From Octopus bimaculoides (Eukaryota), in assembly GCF_001194135.2 (NCBI RefSeq), contig NC_068998.1, positions 45,027,607 through 45,091,606 on the forward strand: DNA of 64,000 nucleotides. Direction: 5' to 3'. The translations under genes and the position numbers were made by a program. The number at the start of each line of letters is the position of its first letter. Within the stretch, counting starts at the first letter, position 1. The notes under the pieces are model-generated. The model made no database searches, was not told the origin of the DNA, and saw only the letters and a program-made list of their open reading frames with translations. This document shows positions 62,401 through 64,000 of the stretch, one piece after another.

Positions 62401-62851
62401 CATGATCATGGTTTGTTCAGAAAAATTAGTCTATTGTAGGGAATTCTTCTTTAATCCCAGCTTTTAACTATTATCTCAGTCAGTCTCAGCTATTGTGTGA
62501 GTGTGTGTGAAGTTTTGTAAGAAATAATTTCTATTGCCATGGAAACTGTTTATCACTTGAATGGATTGGAAAGTATCTTCTAAAAACTGAAACTATTTTT
62601 TACCTCATAATCAAAAATGCTTTTTTTCTTTTTCTTTATATTTCTTTTCTGCTTTCTTGATTGCATTATTGAGATATATTGAAAATGTTTCATGGATCAA
62701 ACACTGCCTAACAAGTATAATAATATTTTTCAAGAAATTGATTATGTATGCAAAATAGTCTGAAGGAATTCTACAGTAAACTGCAGATGTTTGTTTTCTC
62801 TAATTATTATTATTGGGTCAAGCTAATGTTTGCTAATGTTTATTGTTTTGT

Positions 62852-63198
62852 TCTTTTATTTGTTTCTGTCATTTGACTGCAGCCATGCTTATTCTTTGTA
62901 AGCCTAGTACTTATTCTATCAGACTCTTTTGCTGAACCGCTAAGTTACAGAGATGTAAACACACCAACACAGACATACAAGCATATACATACATACATAC
63001 ATATATATATATATATATGTGTATATATATACACGACGAGCTTCTTTCAGTTTCCATCTACCAAATCCATGCACAAGGCTTTGGTTGGCCTGAGGCTATA
63101 GTAGAAGACATTTACCCAAGGTGCCATACAGTGGGACTGAACACGGAACCATGTGGTTGGTTAGCAAGCTACTTACCACACAGCCACTGCTGCACCTA
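62852..63198 (-). mobile_element. SINE family B copy with internal deletions
   Basis: Head GGTGCAGCAGTGGCTGTGTGGTAAG and intact central domain. Confidence 0.9.
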
Positions 63199-63379
63199 GA
63201 GATTTCTGTAGAAAATAATACTTATTTGGAAGTTATTTCCAGTTCAATTTTACTGCCAAGTACTAAGAAACGGAAGGTGAATGTTTTTGTAGTCTATGTT
63301 CTGTTTTATGAAAATAAAGCGTATGTAGCTTTTATACGGAATATTGGTCCCATTTTTTTAATGCAACAATTTACTGGTT

Positions 63380-64000
63380 ATATATTTATGGTTGGGTCAT
63401 TGATGTCAACTTCCTGTAGATATCCAATAACTTATTAGAGGCTGTACGTACTATTTCAAATTTATAGCAGTCTTTGGTACAAGAACTGTCTGAAAACATT
63501 ACTAACACTGGTGGAACCATATAATGCAAAATTCTGCTTGGTTTTCTCCCAAATTCCTTGCTTTCTTTTTTCTCCTGCAATTCCATTTAATCCAGGAAAA
63601 TCTTTACCATTTGTTTAACTGCTCAACATCTTTTGCTATTTCTTCGATAGATATTTCATCTCTTGTCACTTCCAGCTCCTCTAGTAACTTCAGAAATTAT
63701 CAGAGCATTTTTCCCATTAAGCATTTTAATGACATACGATGGTCTTTGTATAATTTCTGAATGTTTATATCTGGTGTTGTTATTTACCCTTCATTACTAA
63801 ACACAAGTAATTTTTTGATCTCTTCACTTGTAATTTCATTCATTATTTCATAAGTTTTCTTAATCCTTTTCTCTCACCTGCATTAAGTAATTTAACTACT
63901 TCAATAGTTACTACTTCCAAGAATTTTCCTTTTATTTCCTCTTGAGCACCTTTCCATCTCTGTTGAGACGCCAATTTTTAGATATTTCCATTTTCTTTTA
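63380..64000 (-). mobile_element. Degenerate LINE ORF2 segment just before the RT domain; runs off the window edge
   Basis: DEISIEEIAKDVEQL/NGKDFPGLNGIAGE matches LINE I..EEV..AI..LK.GKAPG.DGI..E. Confidence 0.6.

Noticed and set aside
62533-62546. RFX X-box-like ATTGCCATGGAAAC
   Set aside because: One mismatch to consensus and no associated TSS or gene evidence; expected by chance in 64 kb.
1715-63198. tRNA genes
   Set aside because: All A/B-box-like sequences are SINE heads followed by family-specific bodies, and none folds into a complete cloverleaf by eye.

Overview
AT-rich eukaryotic genomic DNA, rich in microsatellites, with six N gaps. The SINE, MITE and LINE families look like those of Octopus (cephalopod) genomes; this is recognition from memory, not a database result. 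No host gene can be named with confidence. The window is mostly transposon debris: at least 5 SINE-type families (about 30 copies, two with clear TSDs), several RTE-clade LINE remnants (mostly on the minus strand, one with RT plus a PHD-like finger), a LINE tail with three C2H2 fingers, a CR1 3' end, a CRE-clade restriction-like-endonuclease fragment, mariner remnants and MITEs, and TTAA-flanked piggyBac-type MITEs. Points of interest are two long near-perfect hairpins (95-bp and 79-bp arms) sharing a motif, three degenerate hammerhead-like cores of the Penelope pLTR type, a gap-free 146-bp diverged duplication, and a tentative phase-compatible minus-strand exon chain at 19.9-25.8 kb. Most ORF-track entries are microsatellite or N-gap artefacts. 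All peptide matches were made by eye.
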